64,000 bases of DNA from contig NZ_JAPDUI010000005.1 of NCBI RefSeq assembly GCF_025980345.1, positions 893-64,892 on the forward strand, read 5' to 3'. Positions 23,991-35,410 of the stretch are shown here, piece after piece. This stretch comes from Arenimonas sp. GDDSR-1 (lineage in GTDB: Bacteria > Pseudomonadota > Gammaproteobacteria > Xanthomonadales > Xanthomonadaceae). Positions within the stretch are counted from its first letter, which is position 1. The number at the start of each line of letters is the position of its first letter. Made by a program: the position numbers and the translations under genes. The notes below the pieces were generated by a model, which was not told where the DNA came from, did no database searches, and saw only the letters and a program-made list of their open reading frames with translations.

Positions 23991-24974
23991 ATGAAAGCCC
24001 CCATCCGTGTAGCAGTAACCGGCGCCGCCGGCCAAATCGGTTATTCCCTGCTGTTCCGCATCGCCTCCGGCGAAATGCTGGGCAAAGACCAGCCGGTCAT
24101 CCTGCAGATGCTCGAGTTGCCGATGGAAAAAGCCCAGGCCGCGCTCAAGGGCGTGATGATGGAGCTGGAAGACTGCGCGTTCCCGCTGCTGGCCGGCATG
24201 GTCGGTACCGATGATCCGATGGTTGCCTTCAAGGATGTCGACGTCGCCTTGCTGGTTGGCGCCCGTCCGCGCGGTCCGGGCATGGAGCGCAAGGATCTGC
24301 TGCTGGAAAACGCCAAGATCTTCACCGTGCAGGGCAAGGCCCTGAATGCCGTGGCCTCGCGCAACGTCAAGGTGCTGGTGGTCGGCAACCCGGCCAACAC
24401 CAACGCCTACATCGCAATGAAATCGGCGCCGGATCTGCCGGCCAAGAACTTCACCGCAATGCTCCGTCTTGACCACAATCGCGCGCTCAGCCAGCTGGCA
24501 CTCAAAGCCGGCGTCGCCGTCGGGGATATCGAGAAGATGGTGGTCTGGGGCAATCACAGCCCGACCATGTATCCCGATTACCGTTTCGCCACCGCCGGCG
24601 GCGTTTCCCTGAAGGACCGCATCAATGATGCCGATTGGAATGCCAACACCTTCATCCCGCAAGTGGGCAAGCGCGGCGCCGCCATCATCGAAGCACGCGG
24701 CCTGTCATCGGCGGCATCGGCCGCCAACGCCGCCATCGATCACATCCGTGACTGGGTACTCGGTACCAACGGCAAATGGGTCACCATGGGCGTCCCGTCC
24801 GACGGCAGCTACGGCATTCCCGAAGGTGTCATGTACGGCGTACCGGTGACCTGTGCCAACGGCGAATACACCCGCATCGATGGCCTGCCGGTCGATGCCT
24901 TCAGCCGCGCCGCAATGGACAAGACCTTGGCCGAACTGGAAGAGGAACGCGCCGGCGTCGCCGATTTGCTGTAA
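23991..24974 (+). CDS. mdh: Malate dehydrogenase (MDH type 2)
   Basis: [37 protein letters not shown]. Confidence 0.97.
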   Translation: MKAPIRVAVTGAAGQIGYSLLFRIASGEMLGKDQPVILQMLELPMEKAQAALKGVMMELEDCAFPLLAGMVGTDDPMVAFKDVDVALLVGARPRGPGMERKDLLLENAKIFTVQGKALNAVASRNVKVLVVGNPANTNAYIAMKSAPDLPAKNFTAMLRLDHNRALSQLALKAGVAVGDIEKMVVWGNHSPTMYPDYRFATAGGVSLKDRINDADWNANTFIPQVGKRGAAIIEARGLSSAASAANAAIDHIRDWVLGTNGKWVTMGVPSDGSYGIPEGVMYGVPVTCANGEYTRIDGLPVDAFSRAAMDKTLAELEEERAGVADLL

Positions 24975-24978
24975 TTCC

Positions 24979-25002
24979 GAAAGGCGGCTTCGGCCGCCTT
25001 TC
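24979..25002 (+). terminator. Hairpin after mdh with a weak U-tract
   Basis: GAAAGGCGGC-TTCG-GCCGCCTTTC. Confidence 0.6.
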
Positions 25003-25020
25003 ACACTTTAGGGGCATTCG

Positions 25021-25905
25021 ATGCAAACACCCGGCCAATCATTCCGTCTTGCAGTCGCCGAAGAATCACCCTTGCAGGTCATGGGCGCCATCACCGCCTA
25101 TGCCGGCCTGATGGCCAAACGCACGGGTTACAAGGCCCTGTATCTTTCCGGCGGCGGCGTTGCCGCCAATTCGCTCGGCATGCCCGATCTGGGCATCAGC
25201 ACCATGGAAGACGTACTTACCGATGCCCGCCGCATCGTGGATGCCACCGGCATGCCGCTGCTGGTCGACATCGACACCGGCTGGGGCGGGGCATTCAACA
25301 TCGCCCGCACCATCCGCAGTTTCGAGCGCATCGGTGTGGCGGCCGTACACATGGAAGACCAGGTCGGCCAGAAGCGCTGCGGCCATAGGCCCGGCAAGGA
25401 AGTGGTCAGCCTGCAGGAAATGACTGACCGGGTAAAAGCTGCCGTCGATGCCCGTACCGATCCGTCATTCGTGCTGATGGCGCGCACCGATGCCGCCGCC
25501 GTTGAAGGGCTGGATGCCGCCATTGAGCGCGCCGTGGCTTACGTCGAAGCCGGGGCCGACATGATTTTCCCCGAGGCCATGTCCTCGCTTGCGGATTACC
25601 GAAAATTCAAGGCGGCGGTGGAGGTTCCGATTCTGGCCAATCTGACCGAATTCGGTTCGACGCCGTTCTATACCACGGATGAACTTCGCGAAGCCGGCGT
25701 GGACATCGCCCTGTACTGCTGCGGCGCCTACCGTGCCATGAACAAGGCCGCGCTCAATTTCTACGAAACCGTGCGCCGCGACGGCACCCAGAAAAACATC
25801 ATCGATACGCTTCAGACGCGCGCTGAACTGTATGATTTCCTGAATTACCACAGCTATGAAGACAAGCTGGACGCCTTGTTTTCAGTCGGAAAAGGCAAGG
25901 AATGA
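25021..25905 (+). CDS. prpB: 2-methylisocitrate lyase
   Basis: [29 protein letters not shown]; next to prpC. Confidence 0.96.
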   Translation: MQTPGQSFRLAVAEESPLQVMGAITAYAGLMAKRTGYKALYLSGGGVAANSLGMPDLGISTMEDVLTDARRIVDATGMPLLVDIDTGWGGAFNIARTIRSFERIGVAAVHMEDQVGQKRCGHRPGKEVVSLQEMTDRVKAAVDARTDPSFVLMARTDAAAVEGLDAAIERAVAYVEAGADMIFPEAMSSLADYRKFKAAVEVPILANLTEFGSTPFYTTDELREAGVDIALYCCGAYRAMNKAALNFYETVRRDGTQKNIIDTLQTRAELYDFLNYHSYEDKLDALFSVGKGKE

Positions 25906-25908
25906 ACC

Positions 25909-26313
25909 ATGATCAGCAAGGCGACCGGAACCTTCAGCGTCAAACTCGAACTTCAGCCCGCATCCCCGCAGGCTGACGCCGCCGTCATCGGCCGGCGCAG
26001 CCTTGAGAAAAGCTTCCATGGCGATCTCGAGGCCGCCAGCTCCGGTGAAATGCTTTCAGTGATGACCGCAGTGGATGGATCGATGGCTTATGTCGCGCTG
26101 GAAAAGGTCAGCGGTACGCTCGCCGGTAAGCAGGGCAGTTTTTTGCTCCAGCACGCCTCGCAGATGGTCCGCGGCCAGCCCTTCCAATCCATCCGTGTGG
26201 TGCCGGATTCGGCGACCGGGGATCTTCTCGGGCTTGACGGCGAAATGCGCATTGATGTCAGGGATGGCGAGCATTTTTATGTTTTTGAATACAGTTTTTC
26301 CGAACAATCCTGA
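25909..26313 (+). CDS. DUF3224-like beta-barrel protein
   Basis: [43 protein letters not shown] pattern. Confidence 0.75.
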   Translation: MISKATGTFSVKLELQPASPQADAAVIGRRSLEKSFHGDLEAASSGEMLSVMTAVDGSMAYVALEKVSGTLAGKQGSFLLQHASQMVRGQPFQSIRVVPDSATGDLLGLDGEMRIDVRDGEHFYVFEYSFSEQS

Positions 26314-26333
26314 AACCGCATGCGAGGCGCTTT

Positions 26334-27488
26334 ATGAGTGATGCCCCCCAAACAACTGGCTTCAAGCCGAAAAAATCCGTGGCCCTCAGCGGCACCGCCG
26401 CCGGAAACACCGCCCTGTGCACCGTCGGCCGCAGCGGCAATGATCTGCATTACCGCGGCTACGACATCATGGACCTGGCGACCGCCTGCGAGTTCGAGGA
26501 AATCGCCCATCTTCTGGTGCACGGCAAGCTGCCCACCGCCGCCGAACTGGCCGGTTACAAAGCCAAGCTCAAATCGCTGCGCGGCATTCCCGCCGCGGTC
26601 AAAGCCGCGCTGGAGCAGCTGCCGCCCTCCAGCCATCCGATGGATGTGATGCGTACCGGAGTTTCCGTCCTGGGCTGCATCAAGCCCGAGAAAGAGGATC
26701 ACAACCATCCGGGTGCGCGCGACATCGCCGACAAGCTGATGGCTTCGCTCGGCTCGATGCTGCTGTACTGGTACCACTTCGCCTATAACGGCCGACGCAT
26801 CGAGGTCGAAACCGATGACGATTCCGTCGGCGGCCATTTCCTGCATCTGCTGCACGGCGTCAAACCGCGCGAAAGCTGGGTGCGCGCCATGCATACTTCC
26901 CTGATTCTGTACGCAGAACATGAATTCAATGCATCCACATTTACCGGCCGGGTGATTGCCGGCACCGGCAGTGACATGTATTCCTGCGTGGCCGGCGCCA
27001 TCGGCGCGCTGCGCGGACCGAAACACGGCGGGGCCAATGAAGTTGCATTTGAAGTGCAGAAACGCTACGACACGCCGGACGAAGCGGAAGCCGACATCAA
27101 GGCCCGTGTCGAACGCCGGGAGGTGGTCATCGGTTTCGGTCATCCCGTTTACACCGTCGGTGATCCGCGCAATGCGGTGATCAAGCAGGTCGCCAAAGAC
27201 CTTTCTGCCGAACAACAGAACATGAAGATGTATGACATTGCCGAGCGTCTGGAGTCGGTGATGTGGGATATCAAGAAAATGTTCCCGAATCTGGATTGGT
27301 TCTCGGCCGTCAGTTATCACATGATGGGCATCCCCACCGACATGTTCACTCCGCTGTTCGTGATGGCTCGCACTTCGGGTTGGTCGGCGCATGTCATCGA
27401 ACAACGCATCGATGGCAAGATTATCCGGCCCAGTGCCAACTATACGGGCCCTGAGAACCTTGAATTTATACCGATTGGTAAGCGATGA
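26334..27488 (+). CDS. prpC: 2-methylcitrate synthase
   Basis: [43 protein letters not shown]. Confidence 0.96.
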   Translation: MSDAPQTTGFKPKKSVALSGTAAGNTALCTVGRSGNDLHYRGYDIMDLATACEFEEIAHLLVHGKLPTAAELAGYKAKLKSLRGIPAAVKAALEQLPPSSHPMDVMRTGVSVLGCIKPEKEDHNHPGARDIADKLMASLGSMLLYWYHFAYNGRRIEVETDDDSVGGHFLHLLHGVKPRESWVRAMHTSLILYAEHEFNASTFTGRVIAGTGSDMYSCVAGAIGALRGPKHGGANEVAFEVQKRYDTPDEAEADIKARVERREVVIGFGHPVYTVGDPRNAVIKQVAKDLSAEQQNMKMYDIAERLESVMWDIKKMFPNLDWFSAVSYHMMGIPTDMFTPLFVMARTSGWSAHVIEQRIDGKIIRPSANYTGPENLEFIPIGKR

Positions 27489-30103
27489 ACCAGGATTACC
27501 GCAAGCCGTTGCCCGGCACGGCACTGGACTACTTCGATGCCGCCGCCGCCGTCGAGGCAATCCGCAGCGGCGTCTGGAAGGCCATGCCATACACCGCGCG
27601 CGTGCATGCCGAGAACATCGTACGGCGCGCGGAGCCGTCCCGCCGGGATGACTTTCTCCGCCAGCTGATCGACAACCGCCGCGATCTGGATTTTCCCTGG
27701 TTCCCAGCGCGCGTGGTGTGCCATGACATTCTCGGCCAGACCGCCCTGGTCGATCTGGCCGGGTTGCGTGATGCCATTGCCGGCATGGGCGGCGATCCGG
27801 CCCAGGTCAATCCGGTGGTGCCGGTTCAGCTGATCGTTGACCACTCGCTCGCGGTGGAGTGCGGCGGATACGATCCGGAGGCGTTCGCGAAGAACCGCGC
27901 CATCGAAGATCGTCGCAACGAAGACCGGTTCCATTTCATTGACTGGACCAAACAGGCTTTTCACAACGTCGACGTCATTCCGCCGGGTAACGGCATCATG
28001 CACCAGATCAATCTGGAGAAGATGTCGCCGGTGGTGCAGGTGCAGGATGGCGTGGCTTTTCCGGATACCTGTGTGGGGACTGACAGCCATACCCCACACG
28101 TGGATGCGCTCGGCGTCATCGCCGTCGGCGTGGGTGGTCTGGAAGCCGAAAGCGTCATGCTCGGCCGTGCCTCCTGGATGCGCACGCCCGAAATCATCGG
28201 CGTTGAACTGGCGGGAAGGCCGCAGCCAGGCATCACCGCCACCGACGTCGTACTGGCGCTGACCGAGTTCCTCCGGCAATCCAAAGTCGTCGGCGCCTAT
28301 CTCGAATTCCGCGGTGAAGGCGCATCGGCGCTGACCATCGGCGACCGCGCCACGATTTCCAACATGGCGCCGGAATACGGCGCGACCGCCGCGATGTTTT
28401 TCATCGATAGCAACACCCTCGACTACTTGCGGCTCACCGGCCGCAGTAATGAGCAGGTGGCCTTGGTCGAAACCTATGCGAAAGCAGCCGGTCTGTGGGC
28501 CGACATGCTGGCGGATGCACGTTACGAACGCACCTTGCACTTCGATCTGTCCACGGTCGTGCGCAACATGGCCGGCCCGTCCAATCCGCACAAACGTCTG
28601 CCGACCCGCGCTTTGGCCGAACGGGGCATCGCCGATTCCGCCAAGCTGGAAGCGGGCCGGTCCGATGAAGCCAGCGGCCTGATGCCGGACGGCGCGGTCA
28701 TCATCGCGGCCATCACTTCCTGCACCAACACCTCGAATCCGCGCAACGTCATCGCTGCCGCTCTACTGGCGCGCAATGCCAATGCCAAGGGTCTGTTGCG
28801 GAAACCCTGGGTGAAGTCATCGCTGGCACCCGGTTCCAAAGTCGTCGAGCTGTATCTGAAGGAGGCCGGTCTGCTCGGTGATCTTGAGCGGCTCGGCTTC
28901 GGCATCGTGGCCTTCGCCTGCACCACCTGCAACGGCATGAGCGGCGCTCTGGATCCGGCGATCCAGCAGGAAATCATCGACCGTGATCTGTATGCCACCG
29001 CCGTGCTGTCGGGTAACCGCAATTTCGACGGACGCATCCACCCCTATGCCAAGCAGGCGTTCCTGGCCTCGCCGCCACTGGTGATTGCCTATGCCATCGC
29101 CGGCACGGTGCGCTTCGACATCGAAAAGGACCCCCTGGGCATCGATGCTCAGGGCAATCCGGTTCTGCTCCGGGATATCTGGCCGAGCGATGAAGAAATC
29201 GATGCGGTGGTCAAAGCCAGCGTCAAGCCGGAACAATTCCGGCGGGTGTACGAACCGATGTTCACGGCGCGTATTGAAAGCGGCAATCCGGTAGAGCCGT
29301 TGTATGATTGGCGGCCGATGAGCACCTACATCCGCCGTCCGCCGTATTGGGAAGGCGCGTTGGCCGGTGAACGTACGCTTCGGGGCATGCGGCCATTGGC
29401 AGTGCTCGGCGACAACATCACCACCGACCATCTCTCGCCGTCGAATGCCATTATGTTGGACAGTGCCGCCGGTGAATACCTGGCGCATATGGGCGTGCCG
29501 GAGGAGGATTTCAACTCCTACGCCACGCACCGCGGCGATCACCTAACCGCACAGCGCGCGACCTTCGCCAATCCGAAACTGCTCAACGAAATGGTGCGGG
29601 ATGCAGACGGCAAAGTGCGGCAGGGTTCCCTGGCGCGCATCGAGCCGGAAGGGCAGGTGACCCGCATGTGGGAAGCCATCGAAGCCTACATGGCCCGCAA
29701 GCAGCCGCTGATCATCATCGCCGGTGCCGATTACGGCCAAGGCAGCTCACGCGACTGGGCGGCCAAAGGTGTCCGGCTGGCCGGTGTGGAAGCCATCGTG
29801 GCCGAGGGCTTCGAGCGCATCCACCGGACCAACCTGATTGGCATGGGCGTGCTGCCGCTGGAATTCCTGCCGGGCGAGTCCCGGCTTACCTATGCCATCG
29901 ACGGCAGCGAAACCTTCGATGTCCGCGGCGATCGCAAACCGGGCACGCGTCTGAAACTGATCATCCGGCGCCGGAACGGTGATGCGGTTGAGGTGCCCGT
30001 GATCTGCCGCTTGGATTCGGATGAAGAGGTTTCCATCTACGAAGCCGGCGGTGTGCTTCAGCGTTTCGCGCAGGACTTCCTCGACGCGACCAAGGAAAGC
30101 TGA
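27485..30103 (+). CDS. acnD: Fe/S-dependent 2-methylisocitrate dehydratase AcnD
   Basis: [32 protein letters not shown]; located between prpC and prpF. Confidence 0.95.
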   Translation: MNQDYRKPLPGTALDYFDAAAAVEAIRSGVWKAMPYTARVHAENIVRRAEPSRRDDFLRQLIDNRRDLDFPWFPARVVCHDILGQTALVDLAGLRDAIAGMGGDPAQVNPVVPVQLIVDHSLAVECGGYDPEAFAKNRAIEDRRNEDRFHFIDWTKQAFHNVDVIPPGNGIMHQINLEKMSPVVQVQDGVAFPDTCVGTDSHTPHVDALGVIAVGVGGLEAESVMLGRASWMRTPEIIGVELAGRPQPGITATDVVLALTEFLRQSKVVGAYLEFRGEGASALTIGDRATISNMAPEYGATAAMFFIDSNTLDYLRLTGRSNEQVALVETYAKAAGLWADMLADARYERTLHFDLSTVVRNMAGPSNPHKRLPTRALAERGIADSAKLEAGRSDEASGLMPDGAVIIAAITSCTNTSNPRNVIAAALLARNANAKGLLRKPWVKSSLAPGSKVVELYLKEAGLLGDLERLGFGIVAFACTTCNGMSGALDPAIQQEIIDRDLYATAVLSGNRNFDGRIHPYAKQAFLASPPLVIAYAIAGTVRFDIEKDPLGIDAQGNPVLLRDIWPSDEEIDAVVKASVKPEQFRRVYEPMFTARIESGNPVEPLYDWRPMSTYIRRPPYWEGALAGERTLRGMRPLAVLGDNITTDHLSPSNAIMLDSAAGEYLAHMGVPEEDFNSYATHRGDHLTAQRATFANPKLLNEMVRDADGKVRQGSLARIEPEGQVTRMWEAIEAYMARKQPLIIIAGADYGQGSSRDWAAKGVRLAGVEAIVAEGFERIHRTNLIGMGVLPLEFLPGESRLTYAIDGSETFDVRGDRKPGTRLKLIIRRRNGDAVEVPVICRLDSDEEVSIYEAGGVLQRFAQDFLDATKES

Positions 30104-30104
30104 C

Positions 30105-31325
30105 ATGAACGCTGCGCCTCAGCTCCGCATTCCAGCCACCTACATGCGTGGCGGTACGTCCAAGGGCGTGTTCTTCCGTTTACAGGATCTGCCCAAGCCC
30201 GCACAGCAGCCCGGCCCGGCCCGCGATGCCCTGCTGCTGCGGGTCATCGGATCGCCCGATCCGTACGGCAAGCATACCGACGGCATGGGCGGGGCGACGT
30301 CCAGCACCAGCAAATGCGTGATCATCTCCGAAGCCAGCGTACCCGGTCATGATGTCGACTATCTGTACGGTCAAGTCGCCATCGACAGCGCGTTCGTCGA
30401 CTGGAGCGGCAACTGCGGCAATCTTTCCGCGGCGGTCGGACCGTTTGCCATCGCCAACGGCATGCTCGACCCGTCGCGTGTGCCACATGATGGCCTCTGT
30501 ACCGTCCGCATCTGGCAAGCCAATATCGGCAAGACCATCCTGGCGCATGTACCAGTGCGCGGCGGACAGGTCCAGGAAACGGGTGATTTTGAGCTCGATG
30601 GCGTCACCTTTCCCGCCGCTGAAATCGTGCTCGAGTTCATCGATCCGGCCGATGAAGGTGAAGGCGAAGGCGAAGGCGACACCATGTTTCCGACCGGAAA
30701 TTTGACCGACATGCTGGACGTTCCCGGCATCGGCATTCTTGAAGCGACCCTGATCAATGCCGGCATCCCGACCGTGTTCATCAATGCCGCCGACATCGGC
30801 TATTCCGGTACCGAGCTGCAGGACGCCATCAACAGCGATGCCAAAGCGCTGGCCATGTTCGAAAGCATCCGCGCCCAGGGTGCCGTGCGCATGGGATTGA
30901 TTAACTCGGTGGCGGATGCCGTTAAGCGCCAGCACACGCCGAAGGTGGCTTTCGTCGCCCCGCCGGCGGATTACATCACCAGCAGCGGAAAGCACATTGC
31001 GGCCGCCGACATCGATCTGCAGGTGCGGGCCTTGTCGATGGGGAAACTGCATCATGCCATGATGGGTACCTGTGCCGTGGCCATAGCCACGGCGGCGGCG
31101 ATTCCCGGCACGGTGGTCAACCGCGCGGCCGGCGGCGGCGCGCGTCAAGCCGTACGTTTCGGGCACCCCAGCGGTACATTGCGTGTGGGTGCCGAGGCAG
31201 TCCAGCAGGACGGGCGGTGGCTGGTACGCAAAGCCATCATGAGCCGTAGCGCGCGTGTACTGATGGAGGGTATGCTGAGGGTGCCGCAGGATCACGGTTA
31301 CAGCGCCAAGGACGAAACCCGATGA
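30105..31325 (+). CDS. prpF: 2-methylaconitate isomerase PrpF
   Basis: YMRGGTSKG, WSGNCGNL, GHPSG, MSRSARVLMEG. Confidence 0.95.
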   Translation: MNAAPQLRIPATYMRGGTSKGVFFRLQDLPKPAQQPGPARDALLLRVIGSPDPYGKHTDGMGGATSSTSKCVIISEASVPGHDVDYLYGQVAIDSAFVDWSGNCGNLSAAVGPFAIANGMLDPSRVPHDGLCTVRIWQANIGKTILAHVPVRGGQVQETGDFELDGVTFPAAEIVLEFIDPADEGEGEGEGDTMFPTGNLTDMLDVPGIGILEATLINAGIPTVFINAADIGYSGTELQDAINSDAKALAMFESIRAQGAVRMGLINSVADAVKRQHTPKVAFVAPPADYITSSGKHIAAADIDLQVRALSMGKLHHAMMGTCAVAIATAAAIPGTVVNRAAGGGARQAVRFGHPSGTLRVGAEAVQQDGRWLVRKAIMSRSARVLMEGMLRVPQDHGYSAKDETR

Positions 31326-31777
31326 TTACCCTTTACGAGGACTGGCAAGCCAATACCGTGGTGGTCTGCGCGACCACTCTGGCGGTCAGTCTTGCCGTTC
31401 TGGTGCACTACGAGGGTCTGGCGCTGATTTCCAATTGGCTGGCCAAACGCCGTGAACTGCATTCCCGGCGTAAAGTGCTTTATTCGATTTTTTCGGTGCT
31501 GGCGCTGCATGTCACCGAAATCTGGATTTTCGGCATCACCCTCTGGTTGACGCTGCGTTTTCCCGAAACCGGATTCATCAAAGGTGCAAACCCCCTGCAT
31601 CTTCTGGATGCGGTCTATCTTTCAGCGGTGACCTTCAATACGCTCGGTTTCGGCGATCTGGTGCCGGTCGGCCCGATCCGTTTCATCGCCGGCACCATGT
31701 CCTTGACCGGCTTCGTGCTGATCACCTGGTCGGCCTCGTTCACCTATCTGGAGATGGAACGCTACTGGCGCAAGTAG
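31322..31777 (+). CDS. Small potassium-channel-domain membrane protein
   Basis: Three hydrophobic segments; pore-loop-like AVTFNTLGFGDLVP; ATGA overlap with prpF stop. Confidence 0.8.
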   Translation: MITLYEDWQANTVVVCATTLAVSLAVLVHYEGLALISNWLAKRRELHSRRKVLYSIFSVLALHVTEIWIFGITLWLTLRFPETGFIKGANPLHLLDAVYLSAVTFNTLGFGDLVPVGPIRFIAGTMSLTGFVLITWSASFTYLEMERYWRK

Positions 31778-31783
31778 GGCTGC

Positions 31784-33871
<2,088 letters not shown>

Positions 33872-34086
33872 TCAAAAAACCGATAAAAAACAGGGGGTAT
33901 CACCGTAGGCATCCTTTGGGTAGCTCGCCAGTACTGGAAGGGCGGGTGAGGACCCCTGAAATGTCGACTGCGTCACCTTTGTACTTGGGGCGGGATTGGC
34001 CCCAGCATTGGGGTATGTTTCCGGCAAGCGTGGGGATTTCATAATCAGATGGGGTGAGGATTTGGGGAACTATTTCCGCTAAAGGC

Positions 34087-34114
34087 TTGCAATTTCTCCC
34101 AAAAGTGTTATTTT
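34087..34114 (+). promoter_or_regulatory. Probable sigma70 promoter of ompA
   Basis: TTGCAA-16 nt-TATTTT with TG just upstream of the -10; implies a 5' UTR of about 100 nt. Confidence 0.5.
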
Positions 34115-34217
34115 GACGTTAACGATTCGAACAGGGTTTACGGTCGTTACCACTGCGGGCGTCTCGCCTGTATCGATTTGTAGTAACTTTCCACATGTAA
34201 AAAATGGAGATGTAAAA

Positions 34218-35276
34218 ATGAAGAAAAATCTACTTGGCCTTGCTCTTCTCAGCGCCGTCGGCTTCTCGCAAGCTGCTGCTGCCCAGGAATTCGATGATCG
34301 CTGGTACATTTCCGGCACCATTGGCGTTCTCGGTACCGACAACGACCGTCTGGATGCCTCGAACTCCGAACTGTATGGCGTCGGCGTCGGTAAGCGTCTG
34401 TCCGAAAACTTCGGTCTGGAACTGACCTATGATCGTGCCAGCCCGACCATCGACATTGATCCGATCAATGGTGATGTTAATTGGGATCTCGATTCTATTT
34501 TCCTGAATGCCCGTTACTACTTCACCAAAGACGGTCGCGCATGGGATCCGTACCTTGTTGGCGGTATCGGCGCAACCCGTCACGATATTGACGATGGCTT
34601 TTACGATGGTACTGACTGGGCCGCCAAGCTCGGTGCCGGTATCGAAACCGATCGCCGTAAGCGCGTCGACTTCCGCGTTGAAGCCGGTGCCCGTTACGAC
34701 AGCCACACCGAAAACGACCAAATCGTCGGCGACATCGGCGGTTTCGTCGATCTGTATGCCGCTGCCTCGATTCTCGTGAAGCTGGGTGATCTGGCCGCTC
34801 CGGTGGTTGCCGCCCCGACCTGCGACACCCTCGACGGTGACAATGACGGCGTCAACGACTGCAACGACAAGTGCCCGAACTCCGAAGCCGGCCAAACCAT
34901 CGGCGCCGACGGCTGCCCGGTCAAGCTCAGCATCGACCTGAAAGGCGTGAACTTCGACTTCAACAAAGCCACCCTGCGTCCTGACGCAGTCGTGATCCTT
35001 GACGAAGCCGTTGCCGTGCTGGCCAAGTATCCGGAACTGAAAGTCGAAGTCGCCGGTCACACCGACCTCTGCGGCAAAGACACCTACAACCAAGGTCTGT
35101 CGCAGCGTCGCGCCCAAACCGTTTATGACTACCTGACCGGCAAGGGCATCGATGCCGGCCGTCTGGCCGGTCCGAACGGCTACGGTGAAAGCCGTCCGCT
35201 GGAAGCCACCGAGCAAACCTCGCCGGCTTGTAAGAGCGAAACCAACCGCCGTACCGAACTGAACGTTCAGAACTAA
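34218..35276 (+). CDS. ompA: OmpA-family outer membrane protein (beta-barrel, Asp-rich linker, peptidoglycan-binding domain)
   Basis: Signal peptide; DGDNDGVNDCNDKCP linker; VNFDFNKA, GHTD, YNQGLSQRRA, NRRTE; strongly biased codons. Confidence 0.93.
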   Translation: MKKNLLGLALLSAVGFSQAAAAQEFDDRWYISGTIGVLGTDNDRLDASNSELYGVGVGKRLSENFGLELTYDRASPTIDIDPINGDVNWDLDSIFLNARYYFTKDGRAWDPYLVGGIGATRHDIDDGFYDGTDWAAKLGAGIETDRRKRVDFRVEAGARYDSHTENDQIVGDIGGFVDLYAAASILVKLGDLAAPVVAAPTCDTLDGDNDGVNDCNDKCPNSEAGQTIGADGCPVKLSIDLKGVNFDFNKATLRPDAVVILDEAVAVLAKYPELKVEVAGHTDLCGKDTYNQGLSQRRAQTVYDYLTGKGIDAGRLAGPNGYGESRPLEATEQTSPACKSETNRRTELNVQN

Positions 35277-35294
35277 GCGGTTCAAAGCGTCATG

Positions 35295-35323
35295 AAAAAG
35301 CCCGGCTTATGCCGGGCTTTTTT
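35295..35323 (+). terminator. ompA terminator
   Basis: AAAAAGCCCGGC-TTAT-GCCGGGCTTTTTT. Confidence 0.9.
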
Positions 35324-35324
35324 A

Positions 35325-35353
35325 TTGTCTACGCGCCGGCGACTCGGTATAGT
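35325..35353 (+). promoter_or_regulatory. Sigma70-type promoter of the amidohydrolase gene
   Basis: TTGTCT-17 nt-TATAGT, starting right after the ompA terminator tail. Confidence 0.65.
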
Positions 35354-35410
35354 TGACATGTCCGGTGGTTGCACGCGCACTGCCTCATCCTGCCACGCAA
35401 GGAAACACTC

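Noticed and set aside
34820-34915. Asp/Cys-rich linker in OmpA
   Set aside because: A known thrombospondin-type-3-like feature of OprF/OmpA proteins; not novel
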